A DNA stretch of 41,573 bases from IMG/VR virus record IMGVR_UViG_3300025153_000011. The stretch is one strand, 5' to 3'. Below, one piece after another: positions 8,110 to 17,398 of this stretch. This DNA is from a virus. The position numbers and the translations under genes are program-made. Under the pieces are notes generated by a model that worked only from the letters and a program-made list of their open reading frames with translations, ran no database searches and had not been told where the DNA came from. Each line of letters begins with the position of its first letter. Positions within the stretch are counted from its first letter, which is position 1.

Positions 8110-9103
8110 GATAAACAGATGGAGACGTTGCAAACACGCTTGTTACTACAGTGACGTGATGGGAATTGAGCCTGTAATAAAGTCTATAGCACCACAAAAG
8201 GGCACAATACTTCACGAATGCTTAACCAACTATTACAGGGGAAAGGATTGGACAGACCCTATCAAGAACCTGGTAATAGATATGGAGAACGTGTTTGATG
8301 AAGAACGTGAGGAATGGGCGTACTTACCGAAAGAGTTGTATAGGATAGCAAAGAGTTATATCAACGCTTTCAAGGGAATAGACGCTGGAGCTACCACACT
8401 AGAAACGGAATACAAGGTTGAGTATAAGCTGAATGAGAACCATACCTACATCGGATACATAGATTGGATTGTGATGGACTCCGACAAGAGAGTGTGGATA
8501 GTAGACCACAAAACCGTTAAGGTACTACCAGAGGAACGTGACTTGTATATGGATTTGCAGTTAGTGATGTACTTTGACGCTGTTATGAATGACAAAGCCT
8601 TGATGGACAAGATAGCAAAATTAGGTGGAACACTCTCGGGCTTTATGTTCAATCACGTAAAGACCAAAGCACCTAAAGAACCCGCACTACTGAAAAGTGG
8701 AGCACTATCAAAAGCACAGATAGACACCGATGTTACTACCTACTTCGAGACAGTTAAGAAATATGGCTTAGACCCAAAAGACTACGAGGATATGGTAGAA
8801 AAGCTAAGTAAGAACGTGTATTTCAAGCGTATGAAATTGCCAGCTAATAGACGTACTATAGACATTATAAAAGCTGAAATCATTGCCACTTTAGACGAGT
8901 ATGATTGTTATATGGCAGACCCTAGTGCTTTTGAGAAAACACGATTTGTAAGAAACACGTTAAAGCAAAGATGTTCTTGGGATTGTTCGTACCAAAAGCT
9001 ATGCTATGCAGAACTTGCGGGAATGCACATAGAGGATATAATAGCCTCTGATTATCAAGAGCGTAAGTCCAATAGGACTGAGGAGAACAACGATGGCGAG
9101 TAA
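8087..9103 (+). CDS. PD-(D/E)XK nuclease, Cas4/RecB-like exonuclease
   Basis: Core motif GYIDWIVMD...VWIVDHKTVK (D ... DxK). N-terminal Cys residues (RCKHAC) plus a C-terminal C-x3-C-x5-C (CSWDCSYQKLC) resemble the Cas4/AddB Fe-S ligand pattern. Confidence 0.7.
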   Translation: MAVGSASKINRWRRCKHACYYSDVMGIEPVIKSIAPQKGTILHECLTNYYRGKDWTDPIKNLVIDMENVFDEEREEWAYLPKELYRIAKSYINAFKGIDAGATTLETEYKVEYKLNENHTYIGYIDWIVMDSDKRVWIVDHKTVKVLPEERDLYMDLQLVMYFDAVMNDKALMDKIAKLGGTLSGFMFNHVKTKAPKEPALLKSGALSKAQIDTDVTTYFETVKKYGLDPKDYEDMVEKLSKNVYFKRMKLPANRRTIDIIKAEIIATLDEYDCYMADPSAFEKTRFVRNTLKQRCSWDCSYQKLCYAELAGMHIEDIIASDYQERKSNRTEENNDGE

Positions 9104-10067
9104 AAAAGACGTTGCGGTTGAGGACATATTTGAGTTAGACATACTTAATGACAGCCTTGACCTAGACAGCGAGGACGACTTTGAAGCAGTAGTGCTTAAC
9201 GCTACTAAGCCCGTTGAAGAGGACTTGTTTGTGGCAGACTTTACAGTAGCACCCGATGTATTCATTGAACCAAGAACGGCTAGTGTCAGTCCAAGTAGTG
9301 ACATATCAGACCTCATTACCGACATTGACGACAACGTAGAATTTTTAACCTGGTGTATCTATGGTAAAAATGGTACGGGTAAAACGACGTTGTTAAGCAC
9401 GACAGAGGGTATGTTGGTATTGGCATCGGAAGATGGCACCCTAGCTATCAAGGACAAGTCGAAAGACAAGGCTAAAAAGCTGAGGATTGACACTTGGGAA
9501 AAACTTGAACAAGTATATTGGTTATTGGCACAATCCCCTATTAAAAAAGACAAGAAAACAGGTAAGATACTCGGCATCGAGATACCAGTTAAAGGGGGCA
9601 AATTCCTAGTTAAGTCCATCGGTTTTGATACTGTGGATAGACTAGCTGAGGTATGTATGAGAAACGTCGTATTAGGCGAGAAAGCCAAAGACGCCGACAA
9701 AGACATACTCAAGAAAACGCTTAGGAATTGGGGCGATATGGGAGAGAAAATGAAGTTTTGGTTACAGCAATTCGAGGAGCTACCAGTACAGCGTATAATG
9801 TTATGCCAAGAGGGTAGCAACTCCGAAGACGTTGACTCCGATGAATTCGGTATCTACCCAGCTCTAAATCAAGGATTGCGTAAATACGTTCTATCCGAAG
9901 CTGATATAATCGCAAGATTATCTATAGCTAAGACAGACAAGGGAATGCAATTCAGAATGTCAGCTCTACCTAATTCCAAGTACGTAACCAAAGACAGAAC
10001 CACAAAGCTAAGTGGTGTAATCGCTAACCCTAGTTTAGATAAGTTGTATAACTTAGTATTTAAGTAG
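9093..10067 (+). CDS. AAA_24 / Sak4-like RecA-superfamily ATPase (recombination) with acidic N-terminal extension
   Basis: Walker A IYGKNGTGKTTLL. Synteny with the DUF669-like gene immediately downstream. GAGGAG RBS before ATG at 9093. Confidence 0.65.
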   Translation: MASKKDVAVEDIFELDILNDSLDLDSEDDFEAVVLNATKPVEEDLFVADFTVAPDVFIEPRTASVSPSSDISDLITDIDDNVEFLTWCIYGKNGTGKTTLLSTTEGMLVLASEDGTLAIKDKSKDKAKKLRIDTWEKLEQVYWLLAQSPIKKDKKTGKILGIEIPVKGGKFLVKSIGFDTVDRLAEVCMRNVVLGEKAKDADKDILKKTLRNWGDMGEKMKFWLQQFEELPVQRIMLCQEGSNSEDVDSDEFGIYPALNQGLRKYVLSEADIIARLSIAKTDKGMQFRMSALPNSKYVTKDRTTKLSGVIANPSLDKLYNLVFK

Positions 10068-10094
10068 TCCTAATAGGACAGGAAGAGGTACAAA

Positions 10095-10559
10095 ATGAGT
10101 AAGATTAACGTAGATTTTAGTGGAGTAGAAGATAATGGTGGAGTAGCTGTTGGAAACCATACAGCCAAAGTAGTATCCGTAACCAAAGAGCCTGGACAGG
10201 GCGAGTTCCCTTATCTTAAATGGGACTTGGTAATAACGTCGAATATCTCAAAAGGTCTGCACATCAACCACATTACCAGCTTGAAGCCATCAGCACTGTT
10301 CAACCTTAGAAACACCTTAACCGCTCTTGGGGTTACTGTTCCTAAGTCAGCTATCACATTTGACCCAGACGCTCTAAGAGGTAAGAGTCTTGGTATCGAA
10401 GTATTCCTAAAGGAGTCTGAGGGTAAAGAGTACAGCAATATCAAGAAAGTATTCCCAGTAGGAGCTACTACAACTAAGGCAACGGCTAAAGCAGTAGAGC
10501 CCGATAATGACATAGACATCGACGTTGTTATGGACTTAGACGACGAGATAGAGCTGTAG
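10095..10559 (+). CDS. DUF669-like single-strand DNA-binding protein candidate
   Basis: N-terminal pattern typical of DUF669 partners of AAA_24 genes. The very acidic C-terminal tail (DNDIDIDVVMDLDDEIEL) resembles SSB tails. Confidence 0.55.
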   Translation: MSKINVDFSGVEDNGGVAVGNHTAKVVSVTKEPGQGEFPYLKWDLVITSNISKGLHINHITSLKPSALFNLRNTLTALGVTVPKSAITFDPDALRGKSLGIEVFLKESEGKEYSNIKKVFPVGATTTKATAKAVEPDNDIDIDVVMDLDDEIEL

Positions 10560-10560
10560 G

Positions 10561-10926
10561 ATGGAAACAGGCTTATGGAAGTTTGGAGACGGCACAGGAA
10601 AGTATAGCGGAAAACCTAATCAGCCAACCGAAACCTCTATAGTCAACGCCACTGTTAAAGCTGTTAGGAAAGAGTATCCTAACAGCGTAGTGGTAAAGAT
10701 ACACGGTGGGGGGTTCCAGTCAGCTGGGATTCCCGACTTGTATATAGCGGTAGATGGCGAGGGTTTGTGGGTAGAAATGAAACGACCTGGCTCAGATACT
10801 ACAGCGTTACAAAAGCGTTTCCTGGAGAAGTTGTGGGCTAATAGCATACCTTGTGGTACAGCCGATAACCCCGAAATGGTGCTTGCAATACTGAGACAGC
10901 TCCTAATAAGAAAGAGTAGAGCGTAA
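10561..10926 (+). CDS. VRR-NUC domain nuclease (junction-resolving type)
   Basis: Motif GIPDLYIAVDGEGLWVEMKRPG (PD ... ExK) in a 121-aa protein at the end of the recombination module. Confidence 0.7.
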   Translation: METGLWKFGDGTGKYSGKPNQPTETSIVNATVKAVRKEYPNSVVVKIHGGGFQSAGIPDLYIAVDGEGLWVEMKRPGSDTTALQKRFLEKLWANSIPCGTADNPEMVLAILRQLLIRKSRA

Positions 10927-10945
10927 GCCCTACTCTTTTTTTATT
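10912..10945 (+). terminator. Rho-independent terminator at the convergence of the + replication arm and the - late operon
   Basis: Stem aagagtag (10912..10919) / ctactctt (10930..10937) followed by tttttatttc. It overlaps the stop region of the - strand endolysin gene. Confidence 0.6.
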
Positions 10946-12212
10946 TCTTTACTACCGCTACCGTCTTGGGCACCAGTATCGTGTTGATACCGAGCGTCTT
11001 TAGACGTGCTTGTTCATCTAACGCACCTTTTTTATAGGTGTAGAACCCCGTTTGTAACGCCCACCCAGCCGTAGGAACCGCTTCCGAGGGTACTGTGGTA
11101 AGCTTTGTCTTGAGCTTTAACCCTTTGGCGAGTCCTTTTGCTGTAACGTCTGCCAGCTTCATCACGAAGTTGGTGTCAGATAACAGCTTGTTATTGCCTG
11201 GATTGGTAATGAACAAGTTCTCCACAAGCATAGAGTTGATAGGCTCTCGTACCATATGCAGATTACCTTTCTTACGTCCTCTATCGGTAATACCATAAGG
11301 GGCTAAGAACGCCATAACCTCGTCGTGCACAGCGTTTCTAACCTCTGCGGAGTTACCTCTTGGCGTTGTGAATATCCAAGACTCATACCCATTTGCTTCG
11401 GGTATATTAAAGGCATTGACGTGGCTGGAGAAGACGAAGTCTGCCCCGACTGCCTTTGCCATATCCGTACGCTCCTTGAGTGACAGCGTGCTGTCATCCG
11501 ACCTTGTGACTAAGAACGTGCCCTCATAATTTCTAACCAGGAATTCCCGCATCGCCATCCCCATCTTTAGATTGACGTCCTTTTCTTTCTTGCCTAATCC
11601 TATTGCTCCTGGGTCAGCTCCCCCGTGTCCAATATCTATCACGATAATTGGGTGTGGTAAGCTCTTAAATTTCTTTGCTTCTAGCACTGTAATAGGTTGT
11701 GTTCCCATAGTAATTCCTCCTATGTTGTCTTGAACATATATGTCTGCATAACTTAGCATCATCGCATCATATACTCTATAAAATCCAAATGCTCTCTGTA
11801 AATCTTCGGCTGTGCCGTCCTCTAAAACGAGAAACAGTAATTCTCCCGTCATAAGATGCCCGACACCCATACGTGGCATAGCCGTCTGAGGGCGTATATT
11901 GAGCGTAGAGCCGATTTCACACTTTTCTCGATTACGGATAAGCATAGCACTTCCAGACACGACAAATCGAGCGTCTGCTACATCAAGCATATTATAGTCC
12001 TCTGTGATTTCTACCCCACCGTCTTTGTAAACCATCAGCACAGGAAGACCCTCTGGAATGGTATTATAAACGTCTCCGCTTACTGCCATAAATCCTATGG
12101 GCTTCTTTGTGGTAATGCTGTACGGATTGGCTGATAAAACTAAGGGGGAGCTCTTGCTTCCCCCACACACAGACACGGATAAATCCGACGCTGTAATGGT
12201 ATATCCTAGCAT
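10941..12212 (-). CDS. Multidomain endolysin: N-terminal domain (possibly DUF2233/phosphodiester-glycosidase-like), central N-acetylmuramoyl-L-alanine amidase (Amidase_3), C-terminal SPOR-like binding domain
   Basis: Amidase_3 signatures IVIDIGHGGADPGAIG ... DFVFSSHVNAF (about 11120..11655). C-terminal GWALQTGFYTYKKGALDEQARLKTLGI is SPOR-like. AAGGGGGAG RBS. Located next to the holin. Confidence 0.85.
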   Translation of the reverse strand: MLGYTITASDLSVSVCGGSKSSPLVLSANPYSITTKKPIGFMAVSGDVYNTIPEGLPVLMVYKDGGVEITEDYNMLDVADARFVVSGSAMLIRNREKCEIGSTLNIRPQTAMPRMGVGHLMTGELLFLVLEDGTAEDLQRAFGFYRVYDAMMLSYADIYVQDNIGGITMGTQPITVLEAKKFKSLPHPIIVIDIGHGGADPGAIGLGKKEKDVNLKMGMAMREFLVRNYEGTFLVTRSDDSTLSLKERTDMAKAVGADFVFSSHVNAFNIPEANGYESWIFTTPRGNSAEVRNAVHDEVMAFLAPYGITDRGRKKGNLHMVREPINSMLVENLFITNPGNNKLLSDTNFVMKLADVTAKGLAKGLKLKTKLTTVPSEAVPTAGWALQTGFYTYKKGALDEQARLKTLGINTILVPKTVAVVKK

Positions 12213-12230
12213 AGTAACTCCCCCTTTCTG

Positions 12231-12455
12231 TTATTTGAATGTAGCGTCTGCCTCGATAGCCTTTTGCGTGAAAGAGTTATTCTTCCACCAGGCTATGATA
12301 GCTGTTACCAACGTGAAGATGGTCGACAGTATCTCGGTTAATTCCTCGCTACCAACTGGAAACGGGGCATACCCAAAGCTTACTAATAGCTGGTTGACTA
12401 ACGCAAGGGCTAGTACAACGGTTCTTATGATTGTTCCTCTTGATATTTTATTCAT
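12231..12455 (-). CDS. Holin, SPP1/XhlB family (74 aa)
   Basis: MNKISRGTIIRTVVLALALVNQLL...AIIAWWKNNSFTQKA closely resembles the SPP1/XhlB holin family pattern as I recall it. GAGGAGGGG RBS before the internal ATG at 12455. The longer ORF-track start (12530) is rejected. Confidence 0.8.
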   Translation of the reverse strand: MNKISRGTIIRTVVLALALVNQLLVSFGYAPFPVGSEELTEILSTIFTLVTAIIAWWKNNSFTQKAIEADATFK

Positions 12456-12880
12456 TAGACCCCTCCTCTTAAAGCAAAGGCTACAAACAAGCTGATTAGG
12501 GATACGCAACAGCTCACGATTACTCCCCAAAATGTCATATTTGCCTTATACCGTTCCACAAATACTCGATTAACTTCTTTTTTCTCGTCTCTTACAGCCA
12601 GGTCTTGTTGAACATCGGTCTTTTCAATTAACCCGACTCTGTCATTTAAGGCGGATAAGTTCTTATCTATAGCAGATAAGGTTGTTTTAACCTCCTCGTT
12701 AGACGTAATCTGTCTCTTGTTAAACTCCATACCTTGTACGTTAAGCACTTTTAGTTCTGTAAGGGTGTCTTTTATAGCGTCAAGGTTGCTTAGAGTCCTT
12801 TTCATATTGTCCATATCTGTCGCTAAGGTGGCTAAAAGCTCGGTATGTTTTAGTTGCATTTCCATTGTGCAGTCTTGCAT
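12455..12880 (-). CDS. XhlA-like lysis accessory protein (coiled coil + C-terminal transmembrane helix)
   Basis: Position immediately upstream of the XhlB-type holin, with a TAATG overlap. Long coiled-coil N-terminus. C-terminal hydrophobic helix FWGVIVSCCVSLISLFVAFAL. Confidence 0.5.
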   Translation of the reverse strand: MQDCTMEMQLKHTELLATLATDMDNMKRTLSNLDAIKDTLTELKVLNVQGMEFNKRQITSNEEVKTTLSAIDKNLSALNDRVGLIEKTDVQQDLAVRDEKKEVNRVFVERYKANMTFWGVIVSCCVSLISLFVAFALRGGV

Positions 12881-12943
12881 AAAGCCACCACCCTTTCTGT
12901 TGTTAATAACGTTCTTGTCATAGTTTTTGTCCTCCCTTATTTG

Positions 12944-15900
12944 CTATCTAGGCGTGTATGCACTGTATTTCGGCTTTCTACCCCCTGGGGTATACTGCAT
13001 CTTTTCAAGCTCTGCCATTGATGGTACGGGTAGTCCCTCTTGTTCAAGGTAATTCACGTACTCTTGCAGTTGGTCTCGATACTGGTATGCTTGGTTATTC
13101 AGCGTGTTATACTGGTTTTTCACTGGTACAAGACTCTGGAACAACGGCATCTGAGTAGGTTTCATTGGGTCTGGCTCTGCCCCTGTGAGGGCGTTGTACC
13201 CAGTTCCTAGCATCTTCCTCGCACTTTCTGCAACACCTAGTTGTTGTATAAAGTAGTTGGCGACCTTTGGGATACCAAACGTATCTGTTCCTGGTAAGAG
13301 GGGAGTCTCTTGACCCTGGAATTGTTCGATTGGCTGGTTAAATCCTAACGACGTGTTAGCGGGTATTTCAAACGCCGCCTTTATCGCTGGGTGTAACATC
13401 TCTAATATGTTCATATCAAAGGACTCTCCTAAGTCAAGGCGTAAACGTCCTATGTCTATAATAGGCAAGTTCCAGTTAAGATACTGGACATTACCTTGTG
13501 GGTCTATCCCTAGTGGAATAGCGAGTCCCTCTTTTAGATAGTCGTCAGTGACGGGAGCATTGCCATTGTTGTTTACCTCAATAGCGTCATAAGACGACCT
13601 AACTAGCTCTGATACCATATTTACTTTACCAAGATTAGTATACACATTTTTTACCTGTATTGGAAGATTTTTCCTCATATATGTGTAATAGGGAGCTAAT
13701 CTTCTGAACACGTTACGTTCTGGTAGCGTCAAGTCCCTGTAATCGACGTGATACGCTCTAACGGCACTCGCTGCCTCTTCTAGTCCAAAGCCCTGGTCGA
13801 GCTTGTCTATGAAGTGGGAAAGCCTTGTGAGTGTCTCTACGCCATCGCCCATATTGGCTACAGCGTTAAGTACAGGATTTCCTACTTGCCCAGCTACTTC
13901 ATTTCTGATGGTACTTGAAGAATTCTGTATCAGATTTCCCTTACTAACACCCGACCAGCCTAAGCCTAAGTCTCTGAAATGGTTTAGCAGTTCTATGTGA
14001 GTATAGGTGTTGTTACCAAGTGTTATGGTACTTATACCTTTACCCCCTATGATACCCTCTCTGATACTCTGCTCTGAGTTAAACTCTTTCGAGTAGTTTC
14101 CCACAGAACCCGTTTCGGGGTCTACAGCACGTATGCTCTCGTGAGGTTGCATAGGGACTGCGGAGTTCTCTCTAGCGTACTGCCGTGACAGCCTTTGGTT
14201 GTACTTGTATGGTGTCTCTCCAGCTCTAGGGGGCTCTGTGGAATTCTTCAAGAAGTCATCTAAACCCTTTGCAAAACTAGCGTCAGCTTTCATTCGCTGT
14301 TTGTAGTTGAGTTGTGGCTTAGCTTTAAAATCTGGTGGGTTCTTATAGGCAAACTCGCCCTTGTGAAACATCGTGTCTCCGACTCTCACAAACCCCTCGG
14401 ATTTAGACCCTGTAAGAACCTCAACCGCCTTGCTCCAAGAGATAGCCTTTACGCCGTCAAAGAAATTCATTGCCGGCTCGCCTATGGCGTTTCTCAGTAT
14501 GAACGCTGGGTTCAAGGAAGTCTGTAACCTCTTCATAGCGTTAGTTACATTGTCCATATAACTTACTAGCTGAGCTACACCCAGGTTGGTTGAGAACGTA
14601 TCCACAATCCTGTTTAGCTGATTGACAACCTCTGGCATTGCAAAAAACTCGTCCTTGCCTATTTTGATTGGCGTGGCTCCGTACATCATCTTAGTATTAA
14701 TCAAACTACTGAACCCAGGCTCTAGCCTTATAGCGTTCTGAATGTCTGCTACTAGACGCCTATTAAGGTCTACACGCAAACTCTCCGTGTTTCTTAGTGC
14801 CATAGACATAATGATATTGTCTACAGGCTCTTTGCCGTATATTCGAGCGTCAAACATAGACTCGATTTGTTTCTCGTCTGCTGAAAATGACTGCTGGGAG
14901 GTGTTGGTCTTGATGTTGTCAACGTCACTCTTGTCCATACTGCTGATTTTCATTGTGTCTCTGTCTGTGTTTTTGTATACAGCGTGAACGTAATTCTCTG
15001 GGGTTACTATGTTCTTTATAGGCTTGTCTGAGTCTACACCAAACCCGAATACCCCCTTTGATTTGTCGGACTGTTCCACATTGGAAAATATCGTTCCTCT
15101 GGTTTCATCAAAGTCTTTGAGTGCACCGAAGTACATCGTAACTTTTCCCGATGCACGTTCTATAATTTCCATCTCTGCGTCCTTAACCTGGTTGTTCTTT
15201 ATAAACTTCTGCATCTTAGGGTCTGAAAATGCCTGCCTTAGAATCTCTCGAGACGCCTCAGCTAATTCTAGCATACTATCATCAATTAGTTCTAAAGCGT
15301 CGTCGGTTCCCATAACCTCGTCCAGAACGTCCTCAAGTTCTCTGCCTCGTAGTAATTCCCATCCTACCCTAGACGCATCGGAGTTGTTACGCTGTCTGTA
15401 ATAGCTTACGCCCTTCATTAGCGTCTCACTCTTTAAGAACGCCTTATCCAGCGTATGTGTCTCGTCCCAAAATATATTGGTCGCTGACTCTGCTGTCTTA
15501 TAAGGTATAGCCGTCTCCAGATGTAGGTACTTTGACATCTTCTTTGCAAAGTCGTTTCGGGCGTCTATAGCGTAGTCAAATTTATCGTTGATTTCAGCAC
15601 GCTTAGCTATTGCCTTTTCTGGGGTTATCTTTGCCGACTTTACATCGCTGTCCACTTTCATTAAAGCATCGTTACGTGTTCTTACCAGTTTAGACTTCTT
15701 ACCCATATACTCTGGCTGGAATATGTACCCCAAAATGTCTCTTCCCTGTCTGATACCAGGCAGTCCAAAGGCTACTTCCCCAGCTTTTTTCATTGCTGGG
15801 TTTTTGGCTACGTTAGTAAGTTCCACAATAGGTAGCACCTTGTTATTGAACGGGTTGTGGTATCTAAAGAAGAACCGCCCCTTAGACGCATCGTAAGCAC

Positions 15901-17386
15901 GTTGCAATCCATTGGCAAATTCAATTCCATCTCCAAGCTCTTTGACCTGGCTCCTTAGTCCACGTTCTGAGTCAAATCGTTGTAGAACGCTGGCTACTCG
16001 TGCGTCATCTAGCTTTGGTGCTTTCTTGCCATACCTAAATGATATAATATCTTTAGATAGTATTTCAAGCTTTGTAGAATCCATAGACTTAAAGCCAGCA
16101 TACAGAGACTCAAGAACGTCTAATTCTCTTATGTCTAGGGTCTTGTCCAGTAGTTTAGTCCCTATCTGAGCGTCGTCCATATTCGGGTAGATACGTTTTA
16201 ATTGCATAGTACGGACTTCATCTTTGGCTAATTCAAACTCTGGCTTAGTCATACCCGCTTTCCAGTCTGGGATTAAATCCCAACCAGTGTTCTTGTTTAA
16301 GCCCTCAAGAACGCCTTTTACTCCACCTACCATTGTGTCAAACTCGTCTAAGCTCTTAGCACCCTTGATAGCTGAGTATAGGTTAGCTCCACCAGTTGCA
16401 CCAGAGAGACCTTTTCCCAGAGCACTTGACAGGGAACCCGAACGACTTTTTATAGCTTTAGTCAGCTCGCTCATACCGTCAAACCCAGTGATAATGCCCT
16501 CTTGAGACTTACTACTTGACTTTGCGAAGTTGTTTATGATGTCCTCATTCAGCCCGTTAAAGCCCTTATCCATCAAATACTCAAGCGTCTTTAGGTCTGT
16601 GGCTTTGCTTGTCTTAGTCAATGAATACGCTGTACGCATTAACAACTCGGCTTGGTCTTTATCTTTAGTCACTTTCATCGCTTGAGCGAGAACCTTTGCG
16701 GGCTCTAACACAAAGTCAGCCGTGTCAAACTCTTTCGCAATAGCCGTAGCTATGTCGTCTATGTGCCCTGTTTGAGTGGTTGCAAGCTTGCCTAGAGCCT
16801 CTTTAGTTACGCCTTTTGCAACGTTCTTACCAAGTCCGAGAGCCCCAAAAGAAACCCATGAAAGAGGGTCGACAACGATGTCGGCTCCCAGTGTGGCGAT
16901 GTTTCTGATGGTGTTGCTTCCGTCCCAAGTCCAGGGTTTGTACCATTTTCCGTCGGGGTTCTCGTCTGCTTTCCAGCCCATTGTATCAAACACGTCAGTC
17001 ATTGTGTCTTGGCGTTTCCCTGTGAAACTATCCACATAGGACTTGCCTAGACTTCCTAGCGTGTTCTGTTTACCTGGTGTCTGGATACCCTTTACAACGT
17101 CGTGAATGACGTTAGTTGAAGCACTACCCGTCATCTGCAATACTCTTAAAACCCCATTAAGCAACCCACCATCTCCATCGGCATCACGCTCTGGGACGGG
17201 TGCTCCCACCCCAGTTAAGCGTGTTTTGTAATTCTCGATAGATTTGTATGGGTTGTTCATAGGGATTAAAGGATTGGACGCTGTAGGCAGTTTGTACCCT
17301 TGACCCGCTAAGCTGTACTTAGGGGGCTTAGGCATCTTCTGTTGTGGCGTGTAGCCATTGTACTTTTGATAATCAAACTGTGCCAT
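12944..17386 (-). CDS. Large virion protein (1480 aa), candidate internal/ejection protein (T7 gp16-position analogue)
   Basis: GAGGAGG RBS. Last structural gene before the lysis cassette, in the position of the largest internal virion protein in T7-like gene order. No catalytic motif recognised. Confidence 0.45.
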   Translation of the reverse strand: MAQFDYQKYNGYTPQQKMPKPPKYSLAGQGYKLPTASNPLIPMNNPYKSIENYKTRLTGVGAPVPERDADGDGGLLNGVLRVLQMTGSASTNVIHDVVKGIQTPGKQNTLGSLGKSYVDSFTGKRQDTMTDVFDTMGWKADENPDGKWYKPWTWDGSNTIRNIATLGADIVVDPLSWVSFGALGLGKNVAKGVTKEALGKLATTQTGHIDDIATAIAKEFDTADFVLEPAKVLAQAMKVTKDKDQAELLMRTAYSLTKTSKATDLKTLEYLMDKGFNGLNEDIINNFAKSSSKSQEGIITGFDGMSELTKAIKSRSGSLSSALGKGLSGATGGANLYSAIKGAKSLDEFDTMVGGVKGVLEGLNKNTGWDLIPDWKAGMTKPEFELAKDEVRTMQLKRIYPNMDDAQIGTKLLDKTLDIRELDVLESLYAGFKSMDSTKLEILSKDIISFRYGKKAPKLDDARVASVLQRFDSERGLRSQVKELGDGIEFANGLQRAYDASKGRFFFRYHNPFNNKVLPIVELTNVAKNPAMKKAGEVAFGLPGIRQGRDILGYIFQPEYMGKKSKLVRTRNDALMKVDSDVKSAKITPEKAIAKRAEINDKFDYAIDARNDFAKKMSKYLHLETAIPYKTAESATNIFWDETHTLDKAFLKSETLMKGVSYYRQRNNSDASRVGWELLRGRELEDVLDEVMGTDDALELIDDSMLELAEASREILRQAFSDPKMQKFIKNNQVKDAEMEIIERASGKVTMYFGALKDFDETRGTIFSNVEQSDKSKGVFGFGVDSDKPIKNIVTPENYVHAVYKNTDRDTMKISSMDKSDVDNIKTNTSQQSFSADEKQIESMFDARIYGKEPVDNIIMSMALRNTESLRVDLNRRLVADIQNAIRLEPGFSSLINTKMMYGATPIKIGKDEFFAMPEVVNQLNRIVDTFSTNLGVAQLVSYMDNVTNAMKRLQTSLNPAFILRNAIGEPAMNFFDGVKAISWSKAVEVLTGSKSEGFVRVGDTMFHKGEFAYKNPPDFKAKPQLNYKQRMKADASFAKGLDDFLKNSTEPPRAGETPYKYNQRLSRQYARENSAVPMQPHESIRAVDPETGSVGNYSKEFNSEQSIREGIIGGKGISTITLGNNTYTHIELLNHFRDLGLGWSGVSKGNLIQNSSSTIRNEVAGQVGNPVLNAVANMGDGVETLTRLSHFIDKLDQGFGLEEAASAVRAYHVDYRDLTLPERNVFRRLAPYYTYMRKNLPIQVKNVYTNLGKVNMVSELVRSSYDAIEVNNNGNAPVTDDYLKEGLAIPLGIDPQGNVQYLNWNLPIIDIGRLRLDLGESFDMNILEMLHPAIKAAFEIPANTSLGFNQPIEQFQGQETPLLPGTDTFGIPKVANYFIQQLGVAESARKMLGTGYNALTGAEPDPMKPTQMPLFQSLVPVKNQYNTLNNQAYQYRDQLQEYVNYLEQEGLPVPSMAELEKMQYTPGGRKPKYSAYTPR

Positions 17387-17398
17387 ACAGCACCTCCT

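Noticed and set aside
9359-9820. 153-aa - strand ORF
   Set aside because: It is antisense to the Walker-A-containing AAA_24 gene within a uniformly + strand operon, and its translation is Ser/Leu-rich.
12097-12495. 132-aa + strand ORF spanning the endolysin start and holin
   Set aside because: It is antisense to two well-supported lysis genes and has no RBS.
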